Of a DNA stretch of 32,000 nt, positions 1 through 8,984 are shown one piece after another. Origin of the DNA: Candidatus Arthromitus sp. SFB-rat-Yit (lineage in GTDB: Bacteria > Bacillota > Clostridia > Clostridiales > Clostridiaceae); contig NC_016012.1 in assembly GCF_000283555.1 (NCBI RefSeq), forward strand, positions 1,170,001-1,202,000. The letters are read 5' to 3'. The stretch's first letter is position 1. Each line of letters starts with the position of its first letter. The notes beneath the pieces are model-generated. The model did no database searches and was not told the origin of the DNA. It saw only the letters and a list, made by a program, of their open reading frames with translations. The position numbers were made by a program, and so were the translations under genes.

Positions 1-121
1 CATCAATAACACAGTTTGGTTTTAAACTCGTAGCTGCATTATCAAAATATATTATTGGGGATCCGTTATCTGATCTACATAATAGAGCCGGAAAATCTTC
101 CCTAATTTTAGAAATATCCAA
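1..121 (-). CDS. sufS: Cysteine desulfurase SufS, N-terminal fragment (gene runs off the left edge)
   Basis: Minus-strand translation from TTG 121-119 gives LDISKIREDFPALLCRSDNGSPIIYFDNAATSLKPNCVID. This matches the canonical SufS N-terminus pattern (I-R-x-x-F-P ... N-G ... Y-L-D-x-A-A-T-S-Q-K-P). GGAGG at 135-131 lies 9 nt upstream. The ORF opens after an in-frame TAA at 139-137 and starts 1 nt after the sufD stop. Confidence 0.8.
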   Translation of the reverse strand, partial: MDISKIREDFPALLCRSDNGSPIIYFDNAATSLKPNCVID

Positions 122-122
122 T

Positions 123-1166
123 CTAAATTGCCTCCATTAAAATATCCACAAATTTATCAATCATCTCTTTATTTCGTACGCCCTCTAGCATATTTAAAAA
201 TTTACCTTTTAATATCAAGCCCTTAGCCTGTTTTTCTGTAAAACCACGACTGAGTAAATAAAATATTTTATCTTTATTAATTGAATTAGCCGTAAATCCA
301 TGACCCCCTTTAACATTTTTCTCATCACATAAAAGTAGTGGGAGTGATTTATTAACTGCATTTTTACTCAATATAATAACTTCCTCACTCTCATTTCCAA
401 TCGCATTCAAACATCCCTTTTTAAAATCAATCGCTCCCCTAAATATTTTCTTACTATTATCAAGCAAAATACCCTTACCATTTATTAAAGCATTGCTCTC
501 TTTACCAATCATAGCAGAAGTCAAATTATAATCATACTTGTAATCTTTTGAACAAATATAACAAACATTTGTCTTACTTGAAGACTTATTACCATTTAAA
601 TATAATTCACAATTTGTGTATACACTATTTTGGTTCACATTTATCAATAAAAAATCAACATGTGCATTGTCATCTATATCTCCCAAAACATTTATAAAAC
701 CCTTAGAAAATGAATTGATAAAAAGTACAAGTTTTACTTTCGAGTTTCTTTTAGCATTTATATAATAAAAATGATTAAATTGATCTCCATTACCACAAAT
801 CTCACTATTTATATATAAATCCTTACCTTCACCGCATTCTATATTAAAAGTTACAGTAGATACTCCATCATTTAAACATTCCTTCAGATTTAACTCAGAA
901 TTTTCATCATTAACTTTAACATTAATGAATTTTCCTTTGATTAAATCATAAATAACTTCTTTAGCTATCCCACCATTTATCCTAGAACACAAATTTGAGA
1001 TATTATTTTTAATATTATCGTCAAAATCAATTAACAAACCCGAATTATTTATTACTACATTTGAATTATTAATGCTATTTGATATAAAATTTTCTTCACT
1101 AAAATTTCCTTTAAGATAACTATAAGTTCTTACAATTGTTTCATTAACCCTAACTTTTTGACTCAT
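123..1166 (-). CDS. sufD: Fe-S cluster assembly protein SufD
   Basis: The C-terminal LPLLLCDEKNVKGGHGFTANSINKDKIFYLLSRGFTEKQAKGLILKGKF is the SufB/SufD-family signature, and the gene sits between sufB and sufS. Start is placed at ATG 1166, 4 nt after the sufB stop. The track start at ATG 1193 would overlap sufB by 23 nt and has no SD. The start remains uncertain. Confidence 0.75.
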   Translation of the reverse strand: MSQKVRVNETIVRTYSYLKGNFSEENFISNSINNSNVVINNSGLLIDFDDNIKNNISNLCSRINGGIAKEVIYDLIKGKFINVKVNDENSELNLKECLNDGVSTVTFNIECGEGKDLYINSEICGNGDQFNHFYYINAKRNSKVKLVLFINSFSKGFINVLGDIDDNAHVDFLLINVNQNSVYTNCELYLNGNKSSSKTNVCYICSKDYKYDYNLTSAMIGKESNALINGKGILLDNSKKIFRGAIDFKKGCLNAIGNESEEVIILSKNAVNKSLPLLLCDEKNVKGGHGFTANSINKDKIFYLLSRGFTEKQAKGLILKGKFLNMLEGVRNKEMIDKFVDILMEAI

Positions 1167-1170
1167 ATTT

Positions 1171-2556
1171 CTATAACCCCTGCATTTCAACATTTATAAG
1201 ATTATTCATTTCAATCGCATACTCAAGCGGTAATTCTTTAGATATTTCCTCTGCAAAACCCCTGACAATAAGAGCCTTAGCATCTTTTTCACTTAAACCA
1301 CGAGTTTGAAGATAGAAAATCTTATCATCATTTATATTTCCAATTGTAGCCTCATGACCTACATCAACATTTTCACAATTTATTTCAATATAGGGTATAG
1401 TATCTGAGGAAGATTGCTCATCCAACACTAGTGAATCGCAAGTAATATTTGTCTTAGATCCCTCAGCATTTTTCTTAAACGTAACCATTCCTCTATAATT
1501 TCCTACACCACCCGATTTTGCAATAGATTTTGAGCATATGTTGGAAGAAGTATTAGGTGCAGCATGGACAACCTTAGCACCTGTATCCAAACATTGACCT
1601 TCTGATGCAAAAGAAATTCCTAAAAAATCACAAGTTGCATTTTCTCCTTTAAGTATACTCATAGGATATAGCATAGAAATTTTAGATCCAAACGATCCCG
1701 ATACCCACTCAATTTTACCATTTTTCTCAACCATCGAACGCTTTGTATTTAAATTAAACATATTTTTAGACCAATTTTCAATCGTTGAATATCTTAACGT
1801 TGCATTTTCCTTAACAAACAATTCAACACAACCAGCATGCATATTATAAACATTGTGTTTAGGAGCTGAACATCCTTCTATAAAACTCAAATAAGCTCCT
1901 TCATCGACCACAATCAAAGTATGTTCGAATTGACCTGCACCTTTTGCATTAAGTCTAAAATATGATTGAAGTGGAATCTCAACTTTAACACCTTTTGGTA
2001 TGTAAATAAATGATCCTCCAGACCACACCGCACCGTGAAGTGCCGCAAACTTATGATCGGTTGGAGGAACAAGTGTCATAAAATATTTTTTAACAAGCTC
2101 TTCATGCTCTTTTAAGGCAAGCTCCATATGCATATAAATAACTCCCTGAGCTTTCAAATCCTCACGAACATTATGATAAACCACCTCAGAATCATACTGT
2201 GCTTCAACACCAGCTAAACACTCCTTCTCAGCATTCAAAATTCCAAGCTTATCAAAAGTATCTTTTATATATTCTGGAGTATCCTTCCAATCATTTGAAA
2301 ATTTACCGTTAGGCTTAACATATGAAACAATATTTTCTATATCAAGTTCATCAATATTAGGTCCCCAAACAGGCAAAGGCATATTATTATAAATTTCAAG
2401 AGATTTGAGCCTAAAATCAGTCATCCATTTAGGTTCATCTTTTTGCTTAGAAATTTCCATTATAATATCCTTCGATAAACCTTTGTTACTTACAAATTCT
2501 TCATAATTTTCATGTTTAAAATCATATCTGCTTCTATCAATATCATTTATTCTCAT
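1171..2556 (-). CDS. sufB: Fe-S cluster assembly scaffold protein SufB
   Basis: The 461-aa product has typical SufB length and sequence, for example FAALHGAVWSGGSFIYIPKGVKVEIPLQSYFRLN and a C-terminal VDVGHEATIGNINDDKIFYLQTRGLSEKDAKALIVRGF. GGAGGAG lies inside the end of sufC, about 10 nt upstream of the ATG. Confidence 0.9.
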   Translation of the reverse strand: MRINDIDRSRYDFKHENYEEFVSNKGLSKDIIMEISKQKDEPKWMTDFRLKSLEIYNNMPLPVWGPNIDELDIENIVSYVKPNGKFSNDWKDTPEYIKDTFDKLGILNAEKECLAGVEAQYDSEVVYHNVREDLKAQGVIYMHMELALKEHEELVKKYFMTLVPPTDHKFAALHGAVWSGGSFIYIPKGVKVEIPLQSYFRLNAKGAGQFEHTLIVVDEGAYLSFIEGCSAPKHNVYNMHAGCVELFVKENATLRYSTIENWSKNMFNLNTKRSMVEKNGKIEWVSGSFGSKISMLYPMSILKGENATCDFLGISFASEGQCLDTGAKVVHAAPNTSSNICSKSIAKSGGVGNYRGMVTFKKNAEGSKTNITCDSLVLDEQSSSDTIPYIEINCENVDVGHEATIGNINDDKIFYLQTRGLSEKDAKALIVRGFAEEISKELPLEYAIEMNNLINVEMQGL

Positions 2557-2562
2557 AACGAA

Positions 2563-3300
2563 CTATTTCTCCTCCAATAGAACTGAATAACCATTTTTAT
2601 TTACTTCATCAAACAATTCTATCCCTCCAGTTTTAACATTTTGACCATCTTTTAATATATGTACATGAGTCACATTAAGCTCACGGATAATCTCTTCTCT
2701 ATGAGTAATTATAATAACAGCCTTATCTTTAGTTATTAAATTTTTAAGAATATCACACACAGAACGAACAGCATCTATATCAAGTCCAGAGTCTATTTCA
2801 TCTAATATTATCAACTCAGGATTTAAAAATTTCATTTGAAGTAATTCACTCTTTTTCTTCTCTCCACCAGAAAATCCGGAATTTAAATATCTAAGAATAT
2901 GAGAGTCTTGCAATCCAACATCCCCAAATTCTTTACTCAAACTCATATTAAACGCAAGATTAGGTTTTTCATTTTTAACCTTACTTTTAAGCTCTCTTAA
3001 ATAATCTTTATATACAAGACCTTCTATTTCTTCAACTTGTTGAAAACATAAAAATATTCCTTTTCTCGCTCTCTCATCTGGAGTTAAATTATTTATTTTC
3101 TCTCCTTTAAAAAATATATCTCCATTTACAACTGTGTATCTAGGATTTCCAAGTATACTCATAGATAAAGATGATTTACCACTTCCATTTGGTCCAAGTA
3201 TAACATGAACTTCTCCTGAATTAACTGAAAGATTTATATTATTTAAAACATTCTTTTCATTTACATTAACACTAAAATTTTGTATATCTAAAAAATTCAT
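2563..3300 (-). CDS. sufC: Fe-S cluster assembly ATPase SufC (ABC-type)
   Basis: Walker A GPNGSGKSS, ABC signature FSGGEKKK, Walker B LIILDEIDSGLD and H-loop ITH are present. At 245 aa it is the first gene of the suf operon. Confidence 0.9.
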   Translation of the reverse strand: MNFLDIQNFSVNVNEKNVLNNINLSVNSGEVHVILGPNGSGKSSLSMSILGNPRYTVVNGDIFFKGEKINNLTPDERARKGIFLCFQQVEEIEGLVYKDYLRELKSKVKNEKPNLAFNMSLSKEFGDVGLQDSHILRYLNSGFSGGEKKKSELLQMKFLNPELIILDEIDSGLDIDAVRSVCDILKNLITKDKAVIIITHREEIIRELNVTHVHILKDGQNVKTGGIELFDEVNKNGYSVLLEEK

Positions 3301-3444
3301 AAAATTAACTCCTCTAAATTTCCAAATTAATCTATACCTTTTTAGTATGAATTACATTTTTTATTCTAACTTATACAAAATATAAATTGCAATATCAATT
3401 AGACAAAAATATTTTAAATTATAAATTCACATTATTTTTCGCTT

Positions 3445-3480
3445 AAAAAAAAATAAAAGATAGCACCATTTAATGCTATC
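3445..3480 (-). terminator. Rho-independent terminator of the 210-aa gene
   Basis: On the minus strand a GATAGCA/TGCTATC stem (3480-3474 and 3465-3459) with an 8-nt loop is followed by TTTTATTTTTTTTT. It begins directly after the stop codon at 3481-3483 and separates this gene from the suf operon. Confidence 0.65.
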
Positions 3481-4113
3481 TTAATTATTAACCACTTCAA
3501 TCAATGGTTTATTTTGAAATCCAAGTTCCTGATCTTTCAAACTCAAATCATTTATTTTAGCTAATTGTACATATGTATTTATATCATTTTCATTTTTAAA
3601 AAACATTAACATCGATAAATCATAATGTGTAAATACCATGATATCTAATTTATCAAAATAAAAACTAGTAAAATGAATCTCTCTTGTGCAAAGACTCATA
3701 AACATTTTAAAAACACCAAAATCATTAATTTTATAAACATCTTCATCTCTTACATGAGAACGTAAAATATTTATAAGTTTGATTGAATCCTTATAATCTA
3801 AATCTCTTAACATATATAAAATCTTCATATTATCTATTTTATCTATATTAAAATTACCAACATACATAGTTCCATGATTCAATTTAAAAATATCCTCAAA
3901 AAATCTAAATATTTTATCTTCAAATTTTAAATTATACTCTAATCCATGCTCAACAAAATCCAATTTGCTCTTATTATTATAAACTCTTTCTTCATCATTA
4001 ATATATAATACTTTTAAAAAGTATTCATTAGTTATATTCTCCATCCCAAAATTCATAGAGTCAACAAACTTCTTTGTTATATCTCTTTCTAATGTATTAA
4101 GTATATGTAACAT
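3481..4113 (-). CDS. Hypothetical cytoplasmic protein, 210 aa, no recognised family
   Basis: Long ORF with a GGGGGT SD 6 nt upstream of ATG 4113 and its own terminator. It has no TM segments, no signal peptide and no motif I recognise. Confidence 0.6.
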   Translation of the reverse strand: MLHILNTLERDITKKFVDSMNFGMENITNEYFLKVLYINDEERVYNNKSKLDFVEHGLEYNLKFEDKIFRFFEDIFKLNHGTMYVGNFNIDKIDNMKILYMLRDLDYKDSIKLINILRSHVRDEDVYKINDFGVFKMFMSLCTREIHFTSFYFDKLDIMVFTHYDLSMLMFFKNENDINTYVQLAKINDLSLKDQELGFQNKPLIEVVNN

Positions 4114-4226
4114 AGTTACCCCCTAAATTCCCAATTTTTTACCATGTTACATTTATTATACATAATTACATTTTATAAATAAAGTTAAACTGAACACAAA
4201 AAAAGTATCATTTTTTACAAAATTTA

Positions 4227-5051
4227 CTAAAAGTGTTCTAATAATTTTTTTATAGCATATCCAACTCCATCTTTATCAAAATCAAGAGTTATGAAATCAG
4301 CTTTTAATTTCAATTCATCTATCGCATTATTTACAGCAACTTTATACCCACACTCTTTAAACATAGATATATCGTTCCCCCCATCACCTATACACATAAT
4401 ATGTTCTTTATCTATATTTAAATATTTTCTAAGTTCAGCAACTCCTTTTCCTTTCCCTTCACCTTTTTTCAATATTTCAATTGTATTAACCCATGAATAC
4501 TCTACTTCAAATTCTCCTAATTCTATGATTTTTAATATTAAATCATTAAGCTTATTTTCATCATCACTCGAAACTAAAACCTTACATATCTTATCTCCAT
4601 TATTTTTAAATAATTCATCCCACTCATCTTCATCTTCAATTACAACCTTCTTCATAGAGTGTTCATTTTTATTCTCCTCATCATGATAATCATCCAAATT
4701 ATTATTAGAATAAATTGTATCTATTGTAGAATAATGTGTGTTAAAATGTTTTTCTTTTACAAATTTATGTATTTTAACTAAATTATCTACACCAAAAAAA
4801 CTTGAATATACAATCTTATTATTTTCAATATCATATACATATGTTCCATTGTTTCCTAACGCATATGTAGGTATCCCTAAAACTTTTGAAAAATATAAAC
4901 AATGTATAAATAATCTACCCGTAACTAAAGCTATCTTTATCCCATTATTGTACGCCTTATTTATATATTCTATATTTACACTAGAAATATTTGAGATATC
5001 TTTAAGCGTAGTACCATCCAAATCTAAACAAATTAATTTTATATTTTTCAC
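4227..5051 (-). CDS. Cof-type HAD-IIB family phosphatase
   Basis: HAD motif I is CLDLDGTTL and motif IV is GDGGNDISMF. The long cap insertion is typical of Cof/YbiV-type sugar-phosphatases. The GTG start at 5051-5049 is preceded by GGAGGT with a 5-nt spacer. Confidence 0.8.
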   Translation of the reverse strand: MKNIKLICLDLDGTTLKDISNISSVNIEYINKAYNNGIKIALVTGRLFIHCLYFSKVLGIPTYALGNNGTYVYDIENNKIVYSSFFGVDNLVKIHKFVKEKHFNTHYSTIDTIYSNNNLDDYHDEENKNEHSMKKVVIEDEDEWDELFKNNGDKICKVLVSSDDENKLNDLILKIIELGEFEVEYSWVNTIEILKKGEGKGKGVAELRKYLNIDKEHIMCIGDGGNDISMFKECGYKVAVNNAIDELKLKADFITLDFDKDGVGYAIKKLLEHF

Positions 5052-5078
5052 AATTTACCTCCAAACAATATAAATCAA

Positions 5079-5708
5079 CTACAAACCTATACTTAAACAA
5101 CCTATATTAATCTCTGTTAATATAAAATCAAGTAAAACTATAAATACAAATATAATCCCCCCTAAATAATAAGCAAAATTAACTAAGTAGACATTTATTA
5201 TTATAAATATCAAATTTATCAATAATAGCTTCCATAACACCTTTATTTGATTTTTAATATACTCAATTTTATATTTATTAAACCTTATATCAGCTAATCT
5301 AAATAATCTAATGTTATACATAAAATATAAAAATGTTAAAACTATTATCATAACTACCATAATTAAATATTTAATTGGACTAAAAAACAAGCCAATTAAA
5401 GATAACCCTAAAATTATTAATCCAAAAGACATAAATACAATAAAATTAATAAATAAATATTTTTTATACAATACTGTTTTTTTATCATTTGTATTATTTA
5501 ATTTTAAACATATATTTTTAAATTTAATTCCCTGGATTAAAAGTTGAAACAAATAAATAAAAAATATTATGTAAAATGTTCTAACAAATGATAAATTATT
5601 CAAATAACTTTCAGTGAATCTTATTAATATACTACCAATTATATATGAAATTAAAATAAATATTAATTGATTAATCCTAATTGATTTTATATTGTTGTTG
5701 TGATTCAT
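5079..5708 (-). CDS. Polytopic integral membrane protein, unknown function
   Basis: The 209-aa product has about 5-6 long hydrophobic stretches, for example LIFILISYIIGSILI, FYIIFFIYLFQLLI and FINFIVFMSFGLIILGLSLIGLFF. It ends 27 nt upstream of the HAD gene on the same strand. Confidence 0.6.
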   Translation of the reverse strand: MNHNNNIKSIRINQLIFILISYIIGSILIRFTESYLNNLSFVRTFYIIFFIYLFQLLIQGIKFKNICLKLNNTNDKKTVLYKKYLFINFIVFMSFGLIILGLSLIGLFFSPIKYLIMVVMIIVLTFLYFMYNIRLFRLADIRFNKYKIEYIKNQIKVLWKLLLINLIFIIINVYLVNFAYYLGGIIFVFIVLLDFILTEINIGCLSIGL

Positions 5709-5781
5709 TCTTTGATACTCCTCTATTATTTAAAATCTATTAAAAATTTATATGATTTCAAATAATATTTTTATTCCATAT

Positions 5782-5814
5782 AAAAAAGTACATAGATATA
5801 CTATGTACTTTTTT
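5782..5814 (-). terminator. Rho-independent terminator after the GH63 gene (symmetric A6/T6 flanks)
   Basis: A GTACATAG/CTATGTAC stem (5788-5795 and 5801-5808) with a 5-nt loop is flanked by AAAAAA and TTTTTT. It lies 10 nt downstream of the stop at 5819. Confidence 0.7.
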
Positions 5815-5818
5815 ATAA

Positions 5819-8128
5819 TCATTCTATTGTTAAAACATTTTGTGATGTATTTTCATTTCCACACAATGTATTTCTATATAATAAATAATATGCAGCTGCA
5901 CTCCAACTAAAATTCTTTGCATGAAGTGCTTCTCCTGTTAAAGGATTATAATTTTCATTAATAGGATTTGAAGATAAAATACCTTGTGCATTATCAAATA
6001 ACTTATAAGTTAACTCAATTGCTTCTTTTTTGTACCCATAATTTTCTAATGCTTCAATTCCATATAATGCCTGGTCTAACCATACAGGACCTCTCCAATA
6101 TACATTTGGATTAAAAAAAGGATTGTCCTTAGATGCTGTTGGAAATGGAACGTTTAAATTAAATTTTTCAGGATCTAATATATTTTGTACGACTTTCTCT
6201 GCTTTATCTGAAGGCGCAAGTTTTGCCCATAATGGTATATATCCTTCTGTACCTTTACCTCTATTTACCAATAATTTCTTATTATTGCCTGTTTTATCTA
6301 TCTGTAAATCGTAATAAAATCCAGTTTCATCATCATACATAAATTTATTTATATAATCAGCTACCTCTTTAGCTTCATTCTTATATTTAACAGCATCTTC
6401 ATTATTACCTAACAACTCAGCAAAATACTTTAAAAAAGCTTTTTCTGCATACAAATACGCATTTAAATCAACTGACTCTTGATTTATTGAATACCCAACT
6501 ATATCTCCATTTTTATTTGTGTTTTTAAATACTTGTACTCCAATATCCCCTTCTCCGATACCTTCTTTATCAAATCTTATAGCATTATCCATACCACTTT
6601 CCCAAGCTGCAGCCTCAATAATTGCATCATTATTTAAAATTGGTGTATTACTTTCATCTTTTAAAATATTTCCATTACTATCATATTTATAATGCGCTTC
6701 ATGAACCATAGCTCCATATTCAGCAATACCATTTTTATCTGTATCTCTATTCCTATACCACCACTCATGATAAGCCTTTAATTTAGGATACATTTCCTTT
6801 ACAAATTCTATATCCTTATCTTCCTTATAAACATTATAAACAGCCCAAGCTGCTAGAGGTGGCTTTGAATTCCTTTTATTAAAAGATTCTTCTTGATAAT
6901 ATATAGCATCCAATATCACTCCCTCATCCTGTGGGCGCTTCTCATCTGTGGATTGAACTTGATAATCAAACATTACTCTTATAGAATCTTTTGCAAGTTC
7001 TGTATCAAATCCAGCAACTGCAACCGCATTTTTCCAAGAGTCCCATGCCCATAATCCATTAAACCATCTATATGAAACTGATGGAGTAATTCCAGAATTT
7101 TTTAAATCTCCAGCCTCACTCCTCCAATTTGTAGTAAGTGTCATAATAGATTTTATCGCAGCATTTTTATAAGCCTTACTAACACTTCCATCATCTTTTA
7201 TCGTGTTGTTTATATAACTCTGCCACCTTATAAGATTCTCTGAAAAATATCTTTCAGGATTATTTTGTATACTTGAAATTTTGAATTGCTCACTCTTATA
7301 CTCGTCATCTGTAAATGTAAAACTTTCAGTTCTGTTTATTGTATAAGAACCACCCTTATCTAAAATAATCTCATCTTTTAAATAAGTTTTATAAGAATTT
7401 TTATCTTCAGAAACCTCAGTACTAACATCTTTATCATAATTTACTAAGAACTTATTATATTTTGTATTTTCCGATAATCCCCCATTCTCCCCATCAAAAT
7501 TTACTCTTAATCCATTTGATAGAGATTCTATGGAAGGGTTAATATTATATACCTTCTTATTGTGTGTAAAAGAATCAAATAATTTCCCTTCCCATGAAAC
7601 ATTAAACTTTACAGGATCATTGCTTAAATTTATAATTTGAGTTTTTACTATAGCAGTTCTATCTGTTCCAAATATCAATTCCATAATTAATTTAAAATCA
7701 TTTCTAAATTCATAACTTTGAACTAATTTACCTGGATAATATGATAATGTTGGTTTAGCTAAAGATAAATCAACCTCATTTCCATTTTTAACCAGCTTAA
7801 TTTTAGTAAGTGCCTCAGATAAATTAACCGCTATTGTTTCTGATGTACTCTCAAATAAAATCGTAGGTCCCGCGAATCCTCCCAGATTATTTTTATCATC
7901 TAAAGATGGTAAACTATATCCATGCCAAGATCCATTATCCATAAAAGTCGTAAAATCACTTACTTGATAATATCCATATGGTGTATCTGTCAACCTTGCT
8001 TGTACATTTAATACGTTTACAAAATCAGAAATTTCATATTTTTTCCCACTTGCATATACAGATGAAGAAAAACAGAGGCTAAAAATCATAAATCCCGATA
8101 ATAATTTCTTAATAAATTTCCATTTCAT
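5819..8128 (-). CDS. Secreted GH63 / YgjK (MGH1)-like glycoside hydrolase
   Basis: N-terminal signal peptide is MKWKFIKKLLSGFMIFSLCFSSSVYA-SG. The roughly 770-aa size, an N-terminal beta-rich half and a C-terminal (alpha/alpha)6-like half match my recollection of E. coli YgjK-type GH63 enzymes. Supporting motifs are FNGLWAWDSWKNA and VYWRGPVWLDQALYGIEAL. Confidence 0.6.
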   Translation of the reverse strand: MKWKFIKKLLSGFMIFSLCFSSSVYASGKKYEISDFVNVLNVQARLTDTPYGYYQVSDFTTFMDNGSWHGYSLPSLDDKNNLGGFAGPTILFESTSETIAVNLSEALTKIKLVKNGNEVDLSLAKPTLSYYPGKLVQSYEFRNDFKLIMELIFGTDRTAIVKTQIINLSNDPVKFNVSWEGKLFDSFTHNKKVYNINPSIESLSNGLRVNFDGENGGLSENTKYNKFLVNYDKDVSTEVSEDKNSYKTYLKDEIILDKGGSYTINRTESFTFTDDEYKSEQFKISSIQNNPERYFSENLIRWQSYINNTIKDDGSVSKAYKNAAIKSIMTLTTNWRSEAGDLKNSGITPSVSYRWFNGLWAWDSWKNAVAVAGFDTELAKDSIRVMFDYQVQSTDEKRPQDEGVILDAIYYQEESFNKRNSKPPLAAWAVYNVYKEDKDIEFVKEMYPKLKAYHEWWYRNRDTDKNGIAEYGAMVHEAHYKYDSNGNILKDESNTPILNNDAIIEAAAWESGMDNAIRFDKEGIGEGDIGVQVFKNTNKNGDIVGYSINQESVDLNAYLYAEKAFLKYFAELLGNNEDAVKYKNEAKEVADYINKFMYDDETGFYYDLQIDKTGNNKKLLVNRGKGTEGYIPLWAKLAPSDKAEKVVQNILDPEKFNLNVPFPTASKDNPFFNPNVYWRGPVWLDQALYGIEALENYGYKKEAIELTYKLFDNAQGILSSNPINENYNPLTGEALHAKNFSWSAAAYYLLYRNTLCGNENTSQNVLTIE

Positions 8129-8212
8129 TACATTTGCACCTTTCTTAATAAATTCACCTACATAGTTTACACTTATTAGAAAACATTTACAATAACTTGT
8201 ATATTAGTTTTT

Positions 8213-8246
8213 AAACAAAAAAAATAAATAGGCTAGAAACCTATTT
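8213..8246 (-). terminator. Rho-independent terminator of the 112-aa gene
   Basis: On the minus strand an AAATAGG/CCTATTT stem (8246-8240 and 8232-8226) with a 7-nt loop is followed by ATTTTTTTTGTTT. The stem overlaps the stop codon at 8245-8247. Confidence 0.5.
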
Positions 8247-8583
8247 ACTTAATATCAATATTTATAAGGGCAACCATTACTATATATTCTTTGCTATTAT
8301 TTCCCTTATTTAAAACAGATTTTATTTTTATATTAAATACTTTAAAATTATCATTAATATTTATCTTACTTATAAATTCCTCAACATCCTTTATTATATC
8401 TACTTGTTTAGGTAATTTATCGTATACAAGAATTAATTTTTTGTATTTAAATACCGGTAAATTATTAAAAGTAACGGAATCATTGATTTTATCATTTTTA
8501 TTATTTGTAAATAATGATTCACAATTTTTACTATAAGAATCATTTAAATTTATTTTTAAATAATCTTTCTCCTCTTTAAACAT
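8245..8583 (-). CDS. Hypothetical protein, 112 aa
   Basis: ORF with GGAG 8 nt upstream of ATG 8583 and its own terminator. The product is Asn/Lys-rich with no recognisable motif, TM segment or signal peptide. Confidence 0.45.
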   Translation of the reverse strand: MFKEEKDYLKINLNDSYSKNCESLFTNNKNDKINDSVTFNNLPVFKYKKLILVYDKLPKQVDIIKDVEEFISKININDNFKVFNIKIKSVLNKGNNSKEYIVMVALINIDIK

Positions 8584-8763
8584 AATCTAGCTCCAATCTC
8601 AATCATTCAAAATATTGGTTTAATCTACTTGTATCTAAACTAAATAATATATATTATTTTCGTTATAAAAATATATTTACTTTACTAAATTAATTTATTA
8701 AATTATTTTAGTATAATAATTTATAAAAATTCTATTTAACTTTAATAACATCAATGTAAACAA

Positions 8764-8796
8764 AAATAGTTATTGCAAAATCTACAATAACTATTT
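8764..8796 (-). terminator. Perfect 12-bp hairpin, probable terminator of the aro/DUF4214 transcript
   Basis: AAATAGTTATTG (8764-8775) and CAATAACTATTT (8785-8796) pair around a 9-nt loop. On the minus strand the hairpin is followed by TTGTTTAC. The stem is AT-rich and the tail weak. It lies about 190 nt downstream of the stop at 8985. Confidence 0.4.
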
Positions 8797-8984
8797 AATA
8801 CATATTCTTTATTAATTTCATACATTTTATCTTTAGTATAATTTATTTCATATAATAACGCACCTTGTAATACTTTAACTGTTATTATTTGCTTAGTAAC
8901 TTCAATATAATTATTTCCTTAAGTTAGTACTAAAAAATTAGGTATAATATAAATTGTATATAATCAGTTATTTATTATAAATTT

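Noticed and set aside
4291-5073. Two plus-strand ORFs (131 aa and 111 aa) antisense to the HAD phosphatase gene
   Set aside because: They are low-complexity Ser/Phe/Leu-rich translations lying exactly opposite a well-supported HAD CDS, with no SD. This is the typical shadow-ORF pattern of AT-rich coding DNA.
8708-8723. 16-nt exact repeat TTAGTATAATAATTTA, also present at 17858-17873
   Set aside because: It is pure A/T-rich sequence. A rough estimate suggests several such 16-mers are expected by chance in 32 kb of this composition. There is no extended flanking similarity or mobile-element context.
8745-8819. 24-codon Cys-containing ORF (MYEINKEYVLNSYCRFCNNYFCLH) on the minus strand spanning the 8764-8796 hairpin
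   Set aside because: It has no SD, and the Cys codons arise from the palindromic stem itself. The RNA hairpin explains it better than a peptide does.
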